From: Verrucomicrobiota bacterium
GTDB lineage: Bacteria; Verrucomicrobiota; Verrucomicrobiia; Opitutales; Cerasicoccaceae
DNA length: 64,000 nt
Direction: 5' to 3'
Assembly (NCBI GenBank): GCA_039818205.1
Contig: JBCBUK010000004.1
Coordinates: 136,302-200,301 of the forward strand
In this document: positions 23,892 through 33,342 of the stretch, piece by piece
How the letters are laid out: each line of letters starts with the position of its first letter
Position numbering within the stretch: the stretch's first letter is position 1
The notes under the pieces: generated by a model
The model's database searches: none
The model's input: only the letters and a program-made list of their open reading frames with translations
Told to the model about the DNA's origin: nothing
Made by a program: the position numbers and the translations under genes

Positions 23892-24731
23892 CTACTTGGA
23901 GTTTTTGCCGCGAATCCAGACTTCTTTCACCTTGGGTTCGGTGAAAAGATCATCCGAAAGCGATTGGTTTAGCTCGATGTTGTGCACGACAATGGTGCCG
24001 TAGACCTGATCTTCCATCGCACGCTCGTATTTGTCGGGCAGCCAGAGACCACCGAATTTTCGATATTTCGTCGGAAAGATATCCTGGTCAACGACGGTTC
24101 CGTTCCGGTTTTCGCGCCAGCCGATGCGGGTGATCAGATACGACTTTGGGTCGAAGTAATAATACTGAGTGTGCCCATCAGGTTTATACAACTTAACCAG
24201 GTAGTGCTTATGCTTTCGGGAGGTTACCGCGCCCAAATATTCGACGACGCATCCGCGTTCCTTCCAGTTCGCAAGAATGCCGTAGAAATCTGCAGCTTCT
24301 CTCAATGCTTTCTTCTTTGAGCCCTTGAGTTCTTCAGGAAATGGATTTTTGACCGAGAGGTCGTATTCCCAGGCGTTTTCGCCATCAAAGCCGAGGACCG
24401 TCACATGGTCTTTGCCTAATTTACGGACGGTGATCTCTTCACGAATGCGATTGGGCGGAATAATGTAGGTTGTCGCACGATGCTCGTTCATGCCCTCGGT
24501 AATGGTCGCGTCCGTGCGAACTGATCGGATGCCCATATAGCGGTCGTAACCACCAATGGCTTTGAAGTAGGTTGCAATCAGTTGCTCTGCAATTTGGTCC
24601 GACGCTTCTGGGAGCGGTTCACGTAAATCAATTTCCTCCCGCACTTGATTTGCGGTGGCATCGGAGTCCTGGGCTTGGACGCCTAACGCGAATAACAAAA
24701 TGGTCCAGGGTAGGAGTCGGATAAGTTTCAT
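23892..24731 (-). CDS. exported protein, possibly LolA-like/outer-membrane lipoprotein-sorting fold
   Basis: Signal peptide MKLIRLLPW..VQA; AIGG, GFDGENAW, YYFDPKSYLI, IELNQSLSDDLFTEP pattern. Confidence 0.6.
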   Translation of the reverse strand: MKLIRLLPWTILLFALGVQAQDSDATANQVREEIDLREPLPEASDQIAEQLIATYFKAIGGYDRYMGIRSVRTDATITEGMNEHRATTYIIPPNRIREEITVRKLGKDHVTVLGFDGENAWEYDLSVKNPFPEELKGSKKKALREAADFYGILANWKERGCVVEYLGAVTSRKHKHYLVKLYKPDGHTQYYYFDPKSYLITRIGWRENRNGTVVDQDIFPTKYRKFGGLWLPDKYERAMEDQVYGTIVVHNIELNQSLSDDLFTEPKVKEVWIRGKNSK

Positions 24732-24802
24732 GTCCTGATGATTAATATTTAATTCACATTCTGACAATTCCGGATTCGTCAGGGTTCCGTGAATCAGCAT
24801 TT

Positions 24803-25417
24803 TTACGGAACTATGATATCCGTTTCCGATCTGAGCCAGCGCTCGAGCTTCACGGTTAGCTCTTGGGACTCACTTTCTGCATGCTCGGACTGTTCTCCGA
24901 GCGGTTTGTGAATAATATCGTGTGCGGTTTCTCGCTCACGCTGGGGTAGGTGGGTCATCCACTGTTGTCGAACCGGATACCCTTCCTCACGGGCAAATCG
25001 ATAGACGGATTTAAGATAAATGCAGTACGGAAGTGGGAGTGTCTCGAACGCATGGAATGCCTCATTCGCCAGTTGTGCCATCGGTTCGAAAAACTCCGCA
25101 TGGAGCATGTTCTGCCAGAGAAAGCTGCCCAGGCGGGTGGCTTGTTCCAATGATCGGTAACGTTTCGCAATTCCAGTATGTCGATACTGGAGTTGGTACT
25201 CTTTGACAAACCAGGTCTGCCCACCGGAAGAGGCTTCGAGTTTAAAGTCTGTTTGGTCAAATAGGTCGGGGCCACTGCCACCCATTTTTTGAGTTCGCCG
25301 CCAAAGGCAGACCAGGCGACCGTGCTCAGCACTAAGAACGTGTAGCCGGAGATGATTTTCTCCCGAAAGCGCCTTTGCGACCACCAAACCACCGGCCTGC
25401 AGCGTCTTCGAAGGCAT
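24803..25417 (-). CDS. recO: DNA repair protein RecO (short, divergent)
   Basis: N-terminal OB-fold pattern SGENHLRLHVLSAEHGR..PDLF; helical domain ending REEGY; no Zn finger. Confidence 0.65.
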   Translation of the reverse strand: MPSKTLQAGGLVVAKALSGENHLRLHVLSAEHGRLVCLWRRTQKMGGSGPDLFDQTDFKLEASSGGQTWFVKEYQLQYRHTGIAKRYRSLEQATRLGSFLWQNMLHAEFFEPMAQLANEAFHAFETLPLPYCIYLKSVYRFAREEGYPVRQQWMTHLPQRERETAHDIIHKPLGEQSEHAESESQELTVKLERWLRSETDIIVP

Positions 25418-25420
25418 CGA

Positions 25421-26113
25421 CTAGACCGGTTCTTTTTCCTGCGTATCGGCCTCGAGGGATTCCGAATCAGGTAAGGTGTTGTCGAGGCTATCGGGGTCAA
25501 AGGCGGGTGTCACCGCTCCGCCAGACACAATCAGTTTCATGCCGTCGGCAACGGACATTTCCAGCTCGATCACCTCGTTCTTAGGAACCATCAGCAAGAA
25601 TCCGCTGGTCGGGTTGGGGGTGGTGGGGACGAAAATGTTAATGACCTCGGCGCCGGTTCGCTCCTGCACTTCACCCTGTGCCTCGCTGGTTAAGAAGCCC
25701 AACACAAACACTCCCTTTCGAGGATATTCCGTGAGAACGACTTTTTGGAAAACTGCCTTCTGCTGCCGACTAAAGGTTTCGGTGATCTGCTTCACCGTTT
25801 TGTAGACGGTGTTGATGAACGGCAAGGCCTCGATGATACGTTCACCAATCGAGATGACAAACTTGCCAATGAAGTATTTCGAAAGGAAACCAAGGGCCGT
25901 GATAGCGGTCACCACCGCGACGATCCCCAAAATATTCAGCAGGACGCGAACGCTCGGGAGGTTGCGGATCTCGGCATCGATAAAGTGAAAAATGGCCTCG
26001 TTGATCGGCTCGCCCACTCGAGTGAGCATAAAATTAACCACAAAAATGGTTACTCCGAGCGGCGCGATGAGGAAGATGCCAGCGATGAAGGCATTGCGAA
26101 TCTGACGAAACAT
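25421..26113 (-). CDS. DUF502 domain membrane protein
   Basis: FIAGIFLIAP, PFINTVYKTVKQI, EYPRKG, FVPTTPNPTSGFL, KLIVSGG. Confidence 0.92.
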   Translation of the reverse strand: MFRQIRNAFIAGIFLIAPLGVTIFVVNFMLTRVGEPINEAIFHFIDAEIRNLPSVRVLLNILGIVAVVTAITALGFLSKYFIGKFVISIGERIIEALPFINTVYKTVKQITETFSRQQKAVFQKVVLTEYPRKGVFVLGFLTSEAQGEVQERTGAEVINIFVPTTPNPTSGFLLMVPKNEVIELEMSVADGMKLIVSGGAVTPAFDPDSLDNTLPDSESLEADTQEKEPV

Positions 26114-26123
26114 GGTCGGGAAA

Positions 26124-26540
26124 TTAATACAATAATTCGGGCAAGCCAAAGATTAGGAACAGAATGACCCCACCAACGGCGGCTGCGGCCAAGATACAAC
26201 CGAATTTCGAGCTCCCGTCAAAACCACCAGGCTCTTTTGGCAGAAATTTGTCAACGGTTGTCGCGGCGGCTTCGTCGGTTGCTGAATTGGCAGGGGTAAC
26301 ATTGGATGGGTTATCTTGGCTAAGCGCTGGTGTTGCAGGTGTCGTGGCGACCCCCGCGTTCGCCGGCGACTCAGCAGGCTCCGTGCCGGGATTCGGCTCT
26401 GGGGCATTTGGCGGTGCTTCATTCTTCGGGGAGCCCTGTTCATTCTTCCCCTCGGCTTCGGCAATTTTTTGGTCCAGCCAGGCCAAGTGCTCGCGGATGC
26501 GGTCTCGTTGAGCGCGTAATTCGTTCAGGTTGAATGACAT
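26124..26540 (-). CDS. hypothetical protein (N-terminal coiled coil, Pro/Ala linker, C-terminal TM)
   Basis: LNELRAQRDRIREHLAWLDQKIAE; hydrophobic C-terminus; colinear with the DUF502 gene. Confidence 0.75.
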   Translation of the reverse strand: MSFNLNELRAQRDRIREHLAWLDQKIAEAEGKNEQGSPKNEAPPNAPEPNPGTEPAESPANAGVATTPATPALSQDNPSNVTPANSATDEAAATTVDKFLPKEPGGFDGSSKFGCILAAAAVGGVILFLIFGLPELLY

Positions 26541-26596
26541 CGTGAGCAAATAATCGGTTATCTAGAATGTCAGAACATCGAATTGAGGCGAGCACG

Positions 26597-26624
26597 AAAA
26601 AAGCGCCCTCCGATGGAAGACGCT
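26597..26624 (-). terminator. intrinsic terminator after rpmA
   Basis: Minus strand AGCGTCTTCC-ATC-GGAGGGCGCTTTTTT. Confidence 0.8.
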
Positions 26625-26653
26625 CTGTGGATTAAATGGAATGGAGGGCCAGA

Positions 26654-26932
26654 CTAGGCGGTGGCTGCTGCCGGTACCTTGTTCAATGGGGTCTCGCTGA
26701 TGTTCACCTTGCGGTGCTCGCGGTCCCACTGGACGTAGCCATCGATCAAAGCAAACAGCGTGTAGTCCTTGCCCATGCCAACTTGGTGGCCAGGGTGGAA
26801 CTTAGTGCCGCGCTGACGGATCAGGATGTTGCCCGCGCGAACTTTTTCGCCGCTATACTTTTTGACGCCCAGACGCTTTGCGATGCTGTCGCGTCCGTTT
26901 TTGGAAGTTCCTTGTCCTTTTTTATGTGCCAT
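26654..26932 (-). CDS. rpmA: 50S ribosomal protein L27
   Basis: [35 protein letters not shown]. Confidence 0.98.
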   Translation of the reverse strand: MAHKKGQGTSKNGRDSIAKRLGVKKYSGEKVRAGNILIRQRGTKFHPGHQVGMGKDYTLFALIDGYVQWDREHRKVNISETPLNKVPAAATA

Positions 26933-26947
26933 GACGAGGGTGCCGAG

Positions 26948-27262
26948 TTAGGCGGTAATGGATTCAATTTTGATGACGGAGAGCTCTTGGCGGTGACCAC
27001 GGGTGCGGCGGTAGCCATGACGGCGCTTCATCTTGTGAATAATGATTTTCTTGTCGCGCTTGTTTTCGAGCACGGTTGCTGCGACGCTGGCGCCATCAAC
27101 GTAAGGCGCTCCAAAGCGGGTTTCGGCGCCTTCGCCCACGCAGAGGACTTTATCGAGCGTCACGGTGTCGCCCGCTTGGGTGTCCTTGTAGCGGTTCACG
27201 AATAGAACATCGCCTTCGGTGACGATGAACTGGCGGCCTTGTGTTTCAATGGTTGCTTTCAT
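26948..27262 (-). CDS. rplU: 50S ribosomal protein L21
   Basis: [32 protein letters not shown]; upstream of rpmA. Confidence 0.97.
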   Translation of the reverse strand: MKATIETQGRQFIVTEGDVLFVNRYKDTQAGDTVTLDKVLCVGEGAETRFGAPYVDGASVAATVLENKRDKKIIIHKMKRRHGYRRTRGHRQELSVIKIESITA

Positions 27263-27470
27263 TTCGGAAAAAGGGAAAACCGCCTAAAAAAGCGGATTCA
27301 CACTCAAGCGCAAGGATTTTTTACAGAATCAGCGGGATATTCGCTTTTCCGCCCTAAAATTGCTTAGATGCCGGACTAGCATCAGCAAATCAATCGAAAA
27401 CAAGAAAGGGCCGCGTTGTGATCACAATTTTCATATGAAATGATATTGCTCAGGACGGTCTTGGGATCTG

Positions 27471-28004
27471 ATGATCAACGGCATGCGAGAAGAGCCCGTA
27501 AAGATTGGCGAGTGGATCCTGGCCTTGATCCTAATGTCGATACCGTTCCTGAACATTTTTATGCTCATCTATTGGGCCTGTTCGTCGTCAACCAAGCCCA
27601 GCAAACAAAATTTTGCGATCGCTTACTTGATTTTCAGTATCCCGTTTTTTCTGATGGCTTTAGGTTTCGTGATCTTTGCGTTGGTGATGCCCGCATACAT
27701 GCACCATGAGGAAGCCCAGAAGCAATCCCAGCAACAGGCGCAACAAGCCCAGCAGTCGGAGCCATGGGCGCAGCAGCCGGCGGAAACAGAACAGTCCATA
27801 GAAATGCCGGCTACGGATGATGAGCATTTTCGCACCTTTGTGCTCCAAGATGGAGGATTGATCCACGGTAAGGTGGTTTCACTTGATGGTGACATGGTCA
27901 AATTGAAGCGTATTGACGGCGTTGTCTTTGACGAGACGCTTGTCAGTTTCTCTGACAAGGATATCGAATACATTCTTGAACTGCACTACACGGCGAACGA
28001 GTAA
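27471..28004 (+). CDS. membrane protein with C-terminal SHD1-like domain
   Basis: N-terminal TMs (GEWILALILMSIPFLNI..WA), Gln-rich linker, RTFVLQDGGLIHGKVVSLDGDMVKLKRIDG..FSDKDIEYI resembling SLA1 homology domain 1. Confidence 0.7.
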   Translation: MINGMREEPVKIGEWILALILMSIPFLNIFMLIYWACSSSTKPSKQNFAIAYLIFSIPFFLMALGFVIFALVMPAYMHHEEAQKQSQQQAQQAQQSEPWAQQPAETEQSIEMPATDDEHFRTFVLQDGGLIHGKVVSLDGDMVKLKRIDGVVFDETLVSFSDKDIEYILELHYTANE

Positions 28005-28028
28005 CGGCTGGTTTATTACTTCAACCTC

Positions 28029-28199
28029 TCGGGGTGCATAATCCAGGATGGGGAGACCTTCTTCTTTAGGGGATGAGTTGCCGCCGCCCGCAGTCGGCTT
28101 CGGGATCCTCACGAATTATTGGGCCAACCATCCGTTCCCCGCGATTTCCGAAAACGTAACCAACCGGGTCTACTGGTATGACGACGAGTTCCCGATTTT
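28029..28199 (+). ncRNA. candidate 6S-like structured RNA
   Basis: Nested helices UCGGG/CCCGA, CAUA/UAUG, CCAG/CUGG, AGACC/GGUCU, an asymmetric bubble, then GGAUG/CAUCC, GUUG/CAAC, GCCC/GGGC, UUCG/CGAA; followed by UUUU. Confidence 0.45.
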
Positions 28200-28262
28200 C
28201 ATTGGTGCCACCCTTGGGCTTGAACTTCGGGCGGGGATCGGTCTGACTGAGGGTCCAACTCC

Positions 28263-29084
28263 ATGGCTTTCAATTTAAAGAAAATCCTGCGCGCCCTGCT
28301 TCTCTCAACCTCGGACCCATTATCAATCCGGGACATTCAAGCGGTCATCACCCGTTATCACCAGCAGGCGGGCGACGAACCCGAAGAACCAACGGTCGCG
28401 GTGAAAAGCTCGCGCCCACCATTTGAGCCGGAGCAAGGCGAGTTGAATGACATCATGGATCAAGTGCCGACCTTGCTTACGGCGACTCAGATCCGTGAGG
28501 CCATGGATTCGATTTCGGCTGAGCTTGTTGAAAAACAGGAGGTTTACCGAGTCGTGCAAGGGCCTGCGGGTTACCGGATTACGACGGCGCCCAATTACGC
28601 TGATTGGGTTCGTCTCTTGCGCAATGAAGCGCGACCGATGCGTCTTTCGCAGGCGGCCATGGAGACCATGGCCATCGTTGGTTACCGCCAGCCGGTTACT
28701 CGCGCGGAGCTTGAGGCCATTCGCGGAGTTTCCGCTGATGGCGCAATTAATCGTTTGATGGAACATGAGCTCGTGATGGTTACCGGGAGGGCAGACCTGC
28801 CTGGTCGGCCCATTCAGTATGGCACCACCGACAAGTTTCTGGAGTTTATCGGGATTCAAACCATCGACGAATTACCGGCGTCCGATGTGCTTTCGCCCAG
28901 CCAGATTACGGAGTGGATCCGCCAAGCGACGCAGAGCGATCAGGAGATTTCTGATCAGGATGTTGGCTTACCGGCGGAAGACTCAGCGCAAACTGAGCTG
29001 CCAACCGAAGCGGTTGACGATTCAGCCGAACCCGATGGAACCGAGGAGATGGATCCCGGAGCGCCGAAAACGGAGTCGATTTAG
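28263..29084 (+). CDS. scpB: SMC-Scp complex subunit ScpB
   Basis: LSQAAMETMAIVGYRQPVTRAELEAIRGV, GRPIQYGTTDKFLEFIGI..LP. Confidence 0.95.
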   Translation: MAFNLKKILRALLLSTSDPLSIRDIQAVITRYHQQAGDEPEEPTVAVKSSRPPFEPEQGELNDIMDQVPTLLTATQIREAMDSISAELVEKQEVYRVVQGPAGYRITTAPNYADWVRLLRNEARPMRLSQAAMETMAIVGYRQPVTRAELEAIRGVSADGAINRLMEHELVMVTGRADLPGRPIQYGTTDKFLEFIGIQTIDELPASDVLSPSQITEWIRQATQSDQEISDQDVGLPAEDSAQTELPTEAVDDSAEPDGTEEMDPGAPKTESI

Positions 29085-30428
29085 TTAATCTCCTTTCGGG
29101 GCCAGTTTCCGTTGCGGATTGACGATATTCAGACAGAGAAAAAAGAGCACAAAACTTAAGGCGACGCCGACGAATACGGCTGGCATGTAGCCCGATGTGG
29201 TGATCTCGCTCAGGTCGAAGAAGACCGGCCCCAGGGCGCTGGAGATCACCATGATCATTGCGACCCAACTGCTGATTTTTCCCAGGTGCCGGCGTCCGTA
29301 GTAACGTGGCCAGGTCACGGTGAGTAGGGTGCCAAATGCGCCCCAACTGATTCCGGTCCCGACGACGTAGAGGATTTCTCCGAAAGTCGTCCCTAGCTGG
29401 GTAAAGCCATACATGCCAAATCCCATGCTGGAGGAGGCCAGCAAGTAGGAATACTTCAAACGGAAGCGTCCGGTCATCCAGCCAATGACGAAGCTGGCCG
29501 GAATGTTGATGAAGATCGTTTTGGCGAAGATGCGATAGAGGTCGTGCTCAGTCATGCCGAGCTCCGCCGATAAACTTGGCGCGTGGAATCCGAGTGCGGT
29601 CCCAATGAATCCGTTTAAGCCAATATAGGCCGCGAAGACCCAGAAGGCAAAAGTTCTGAGGGCTTCCGGCGCGGTGAAGTCTTTGTGGATGGCAAATTCC
29701 GGGTCGTTATCCTTTTCGTTGGCCGGGCCGGATCCTCCATCGATTTCCAGGCCGCATTCCTCGGGATTGTCCCGAAATACCAGCCAACAGAAAAACGCGC
29801 CAAAGCTGACCAAAAATAAGCCAATGCCCATCCAGGCCTGTCGCCACCCACCCAGCCACTGCATGATGTAGTAAAGGGTCAAAAGCGCGCAGGTGAATGC
29901 GATGGCAACGGGGACGCCACTGATCGCACTGGCCAGACCACGTTTGCGGTCAAACCACTTGCCAATCATGATGCGCGAGATAATAGAGAACACCCCTTGG
30001 CCCCAAAACCGGATCGCAAAAAAGGTTAGGGTGACCGCTGGCAAGCTCAGCCAAAGCGGCGTACCTCCCGCAAAAAAGCGAAGGATGCGGTCCAATTGGG
30101 AAATGACAATAAGCGCGAGGCCCAATGCGATCGACGCCGCAACGCCGACCTTGCGCACGCCGATTCGATCGAAAACGCCGCCAATCGTGGGCAGAAACAA
30201 ACCTGAAACGACTGTCCCAATCATGTAGGTCACACTCAGTTGCCAGCTGGTGACATCAAGCGCGGCCATCAGGTGTTCCTTAAATGGCCCGAGCCCGGCC
30301 GTTTGCCCGGGTAGGCTAAACAGCATCGATGCCGTGCCTGCCGCAATAATCACCCATCCGTAGAAGAACGGAAAGCTGGCCGGCCGAAACGGGACGTTGG
30401 GCGCGAATATGCGGTTGAGCCATTGCAT
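29085..30428 (-). CDS. MFS transporter
   Basis: FFYGWVI, PGQT, GGVFDRIGVR, RFWGQG, KWFDRKRGLA, RYYGRRHLG; about 12 TMs. Confidence 0.9.
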   Translation of the reverse strand: MQWLNRIFAPNVPFRPASFPFFYGWVIIAAGTASMLFSLPGQTAGLGPFKEHLMAALDVTSWQLSVTYMIGTVVSGLFLPTIGGVFDRIGVRKVGVAASIALGLALIVISQLDRILRFFAGGTPLWLSLPAVTLTFFAIRFWGQGVFSIISRIMIGKWFDRKRGLASAISGVPVAIAFTCALLTLYYIMQWLGGWRQAWMGIGLFLVSFGAFFCWLVFRDNPEECGLEIDGGSGPANEKDNDPEFAIHKDFTAPEALRTFAFWVFAAYIGLNGFIGTALGFHAPSLSAELGMTEHDLYRIFAKTIFINIPASFVIGWMTGRFRLKYSYLLASSSMGFGMYGFTQLGTTFGEILYVVGTGISWGAFGTLLTVTWPRYYGRRHLGKISSWVAMIMVISSALGPVFFDLSEITTSGYMPAVFVGVALSFVLFFLCLNIVNPQRKLAPKGD

Positions 30429-30537
30429 TGGGAAACGGGTCAAGCTATCCGAATCCGATTTGAGCACAACTCACGAATTCTATTCCTTGAGAGTTTCTCC
30501 GCATTGACTTGCCAGCCTAGACTTCCAAGCTTTTGGC

Positions 30538-30996
30538 ATGTCTATTGAAGCCCGTCTCGAGGAACTCGGTTTTTCGCTCCCGCCTGCACCCGCACCGGCG
30601 GGTAGCTACGTGCCCTTTGTTCAAGTTGGCAATGTCCTGCACCTTGCGGGTGCGATTTGCTTGAAAGATGGTGAGATGAGCCACACTGGCAAAGTCGGAA
30701 AATTACGTGATTTGGCCTATGGGCAGAAAGCAGCCGAGGTGTGCGCTTTGAATTCGATGGCGGTCATCAAGTCCGCAGTTGGCAGTTTGGACAAGGTCAA
30801 GCGCATCGTCTTCGTGAACGGTTTCGTCAACGCGGATGAGGGCTTCACCGATAGCCCAGCGGTGATCAACGGCGCCTCAGATCTCTTGGTGAACGTCTTT
30901 GGTGAGAAGGGAAAGCACGCTCGCGCGGCGGTCGCCGTTAGTGGGTTACCCAAAGACAGCACCGTCGAGATCCAGTTGATCGTCGAGGTCGAATAG
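30538..30996 (+). CDS. RidA/YjgF family protein
   Basis: PAPAGSYVP, VINGASDLL..FGEKGKHARAAV..LP..VEI. Confidence 0.93.
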   Translation: MSIEARLEELGFSLPPAPAPAGSYVPFVQVGNVLHLAGAICLKDGEMSHTGKVGKLRDLAYGQKAAEVCALNSMAVIKSAVGSLDKVKRIVFVNGFVNADEGFTDSPAVINGASDLLVNVFGEKGKHARAAVAVSGLPKDSTVEIQLIVEVE

Positions 30997-31003
30997 ACAG
31001 CGA

Positions 31004-31396
31004 CTAATATTTCCAGGTCGGTTCCGGGAATTTCCAGCCTTTGGCGCGCTTTCTGGGTTCGGGCGCTAATGCGTCGGTAGGACCGTCAACGGTCAAAATA
31101 TAAGGTGTGCAGGTCCCCTCGGTGATTCGTTTCTCGGTCACACGGAAGCGTTTTCCTGGGCTATAGTCGTAGTCGGACGGCAGGTCTTCGCGGGAGTAGG
31201 GGACCACGCTCTCGTTGATCAGAAAGCGAACCTGTTCCTGGTCGGCATCGGATACCACCGCGATCGCCGTCTTTTCGCTGTATTGGCATGGGCCACCAAT
31301 GAGCTCAGTTGCTGGCGGTGGACTTTGGCTGTCGTTTCGGCACCCGATCGTTGCGATGGCAAAACAGGCGAATAACGGGACGAGTAATAGGCGCAT
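31004..31396 (-). CDS. hypothetical lipoprotein
   Basis: Lipobox-like TIGC after a hydrophobic stretch; Cys pair GGPCQY / GTCTP. Confidence 0.65.
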   Translation of the reverse strand: MRLLLVPLFACFAIATIGCRNDSQSPPPATELIGGPCQYSEKTAIAVVSDADQEQVRFLINESVVPYSREDLPSDYDYSPGKRFRVTEKRITEGTCTPYILTVDGPTDALAPEPRKRAKGWKFPEPTWKY

Positions 31397-31434
31397 TTGC
31401 GTATTATGTCCGCGATCTCTCATTGGGTCAAGGG

Positions 31435-31773
31435 CTAGGGCGAATCATCGAAGGTCGAATCGTGGACCCAGGAGGCATACTCAGGATGCCCGGTGTCGGC
31501 ATGGGTCACAATCCACTGTGGGACATCGTAGGGGTGGAGCTCTTGGAGGGCATCGCGGACTTCGCCTTCTTTGTGGGAAGCAAACTTGAATATTACCCGG
31601 TATTCTTCGTCCTCGACCTTACCCTTCCAGCGATAAATCGAAGTGACGGGCCCGGTGATTTGGGCGCAGGCAATGAGGCCTTTATCAACGAGCGCGTGGC
31701 TAATGCTTTCCGCGTCGTTGCGGGTTGGAGTCGTGCTCCAGCCAATGGAAATCGGTTGCGACGAATCATTCAT
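31435..31773 (-). CDS. cutA: divalent-cation tolerance protein CutA
   Basis: LIACAQI, SIYRWKGKVE..E, LHPYDVP, YASWV. Confidence 0.93.
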   Translation of the reverse strand: MNDSSQPISIGWSTTPTRNDAESISHALVDKGLIACAQITGPVTSIYRWKGKVEDEEYRVIFKFASHKEGEVRDALQELHPYDVPQWIVTHADTGHPEYASWVHDSTFDDSP

Positions 31774-31839
31774 GCTTCAATTGAATCGAATCTAATGGCG
31801 TTCGTCAATCTTGCCGCAGAGTTGTCGAATTCTTGAGCA

Positions 31840-31878
31840 AAATAGAAAGGCTTACTCTGCTGTGCAAAGTAAGCCTTT
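31840..31878 (-). terminator. hairpin/terminator after the M20 peptidase gene
   Basis: 11-bp inverted repeat AAAGGCTTACT / AGTAAGCCTTT, followed by CTATTTT on the minus strand. Confidence 0.7.
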
Positions 31879-31896
31879 GAGGAAACTTTGAAATGA

Positions 31897-33273
31897 CTAC
31901 TTTTTCGCGAGCTCTTCGAACAGACGTTCGTAAAGTGCAGTGCCTCGCTCGATGATCTTCATGTGCATGGATTCATCGGGAGCATGCAGGTTGTCTTCTT
32001 TGGTGAACAATCCAAGCATGAGGGAATCCAGACCGAGGACGCGCTTGATGTCGCCAATAATTGGAACGCTGCCGCCTTCACGTAGATAGACCGGCGGTTC
32101 CTGCCAGATGTCGCGAATCGCGGTATCGGCAATAGTAAAGGCTTGGCTCTTGACCGAGTCGTCAACGTCGGTGCCACCCTTGCCGGGAGGAGTCACCAGG
32201 TAGGCACCACCGCCACTGTGGGTATCGATCTCGACGGTGACGCCCTTCGGTGCGCGATCGAGGATCGCTTGTTTCACCAAAGCCAGGATCTTTTCCGGAT
32301 CTTGATTGGCCACTAGGCGACAGGTGATTTTAGCAAAGGCTTTGGAAGGAATTACGGTCTTCTCACCGTCGCCTTGATAGCCGCCACCGATACCGTTGAA
32401 TTCCAAGGTTGGCGCAAAGCGACAGGCTTCAAAAGGGTTCAAGCCAGGTGGGCAGTGAAAGTCCTCGATCCCAAGAAATTCTTTGTATTCTTCTTCGGTG
32501 ATGGGGAGTTTGGCCAGCTCATCGCGTTCCCAATCCTGCGGTGGAACAACGTCGTCGTAGAACCCAGGCACGTTGATCGTGCCATCCGGATTGTGTAGGC
32601 TTGTGCAGATTTCCATCAGCGCCTGCAGCGGATTCATCAAGCAGCCACCGTGGACGCCCGAGTGAAGGTCGACCTTGGGCCCGGTTACGTTGATCTGTAA
32701 GGGAGCAAGGCCGCGTAGCGCCAAGGTGATTGCCATGTTGTCTGGGCCGGGGCAGCCAGTGTCGGACAGGATTACCATGTCGGCTTTGCCCAAGCGCTCC
32801 TTGTGGGCTTGGATAAAAGCTTCGAAGCTCGGGCTGCCGATTTCCTCCTCACCTTCAATCATCCAGGTGATGCGCAGTGGCAAGTCTGGATGGCGCTCCA
32901 ATACGCGGGAAAGCGCGGCAAGCTGAACGGCTATTGGCCCCTTGTTGTCGGCCGAGCCGCGACCGTAAATACGATCGCCGCGCACCTCGGGCTCGAATGG
33001 TTTGGTAGTCCACAGCTCAAATGGGTCCGCAGGCTGCACATCGTAGTGTCCGTAGACTAAAACGTGTGGCCAATCATCATGGTCGGCACCGCGTTCGGCA
33101 AGGATGATTGGGTGCAGCGGCGTATCGATTGTTTCAACCGCAAATCCCAATGACGCGAGTCGCTCACATACGGCTTCGCGGGCGCCATCCATGCCCTCGG
33201 CGTAGGCAGAGTCAGTAGAGACGCTGGGGTGCTTTACGAATTCGGAAATCAGCTCTATGGGATCGAATGACAT
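31897..33273 (-). CDS. M20/M25/M40 family metallo-dipeptidase
   Basis: YGHYDVQP, GRGSADNKG, EGEEEIGS, DLHSG, GGSVPI, HAPDE. Confidence 0.93.
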   Translation of the reverse strand: MSFDPIELISEFVKHPSVSTDSAYAEGMDGAREAVCERLASLGFAVETIDTPLHPIILAERGADHDDWPHVLVYGHYDVQPADPFELWTTKPFEPEVRGDRIYGRGSADNKGPIAVQLAALSRVLERHPDLPLRITWMIEGEEEIGSPSFEAFIQAHKERLGKADMVILSDTGCPGPDNMAITLALRGLAPLQINVTGPKVDLHSGVHGGCLMNPLQALMEICTSLHNPDGTINVPGFYDDVVPPQDWERDELAKLPITEEEYKEFLGIEDFHCPPGLNPFEACRFAPTLEFNGIGGGYQGDGEKTVIPSKAFAKITCRLVANQDPEKILALVKQAILDRAPKGVTVEIDTHSGGGAYLVTPPGKGGTDVDDSVKSQAFTIADTAIRDIWQEPPVYLREGGSVPIIGDIKRVLGLDSLMLGLFTKEDNLHAPDESMHMKIIERGTALYERLFEELAKK

Positions 33274-33342
33274 GGCTAACCTATGACACAGGTTGCGGCC
33301 CAAGAAAACCCCGATTATCCGAATTTCGTGATTTCGTGTTCC

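Noticed and set aside
28048..28278. 76-aa + strand ORF overlapping the scpB start
   Set aside because: No recognisable motif, overlaps the scpB promoter region and start, and the region is better explained by RNA structure; not formally excluded
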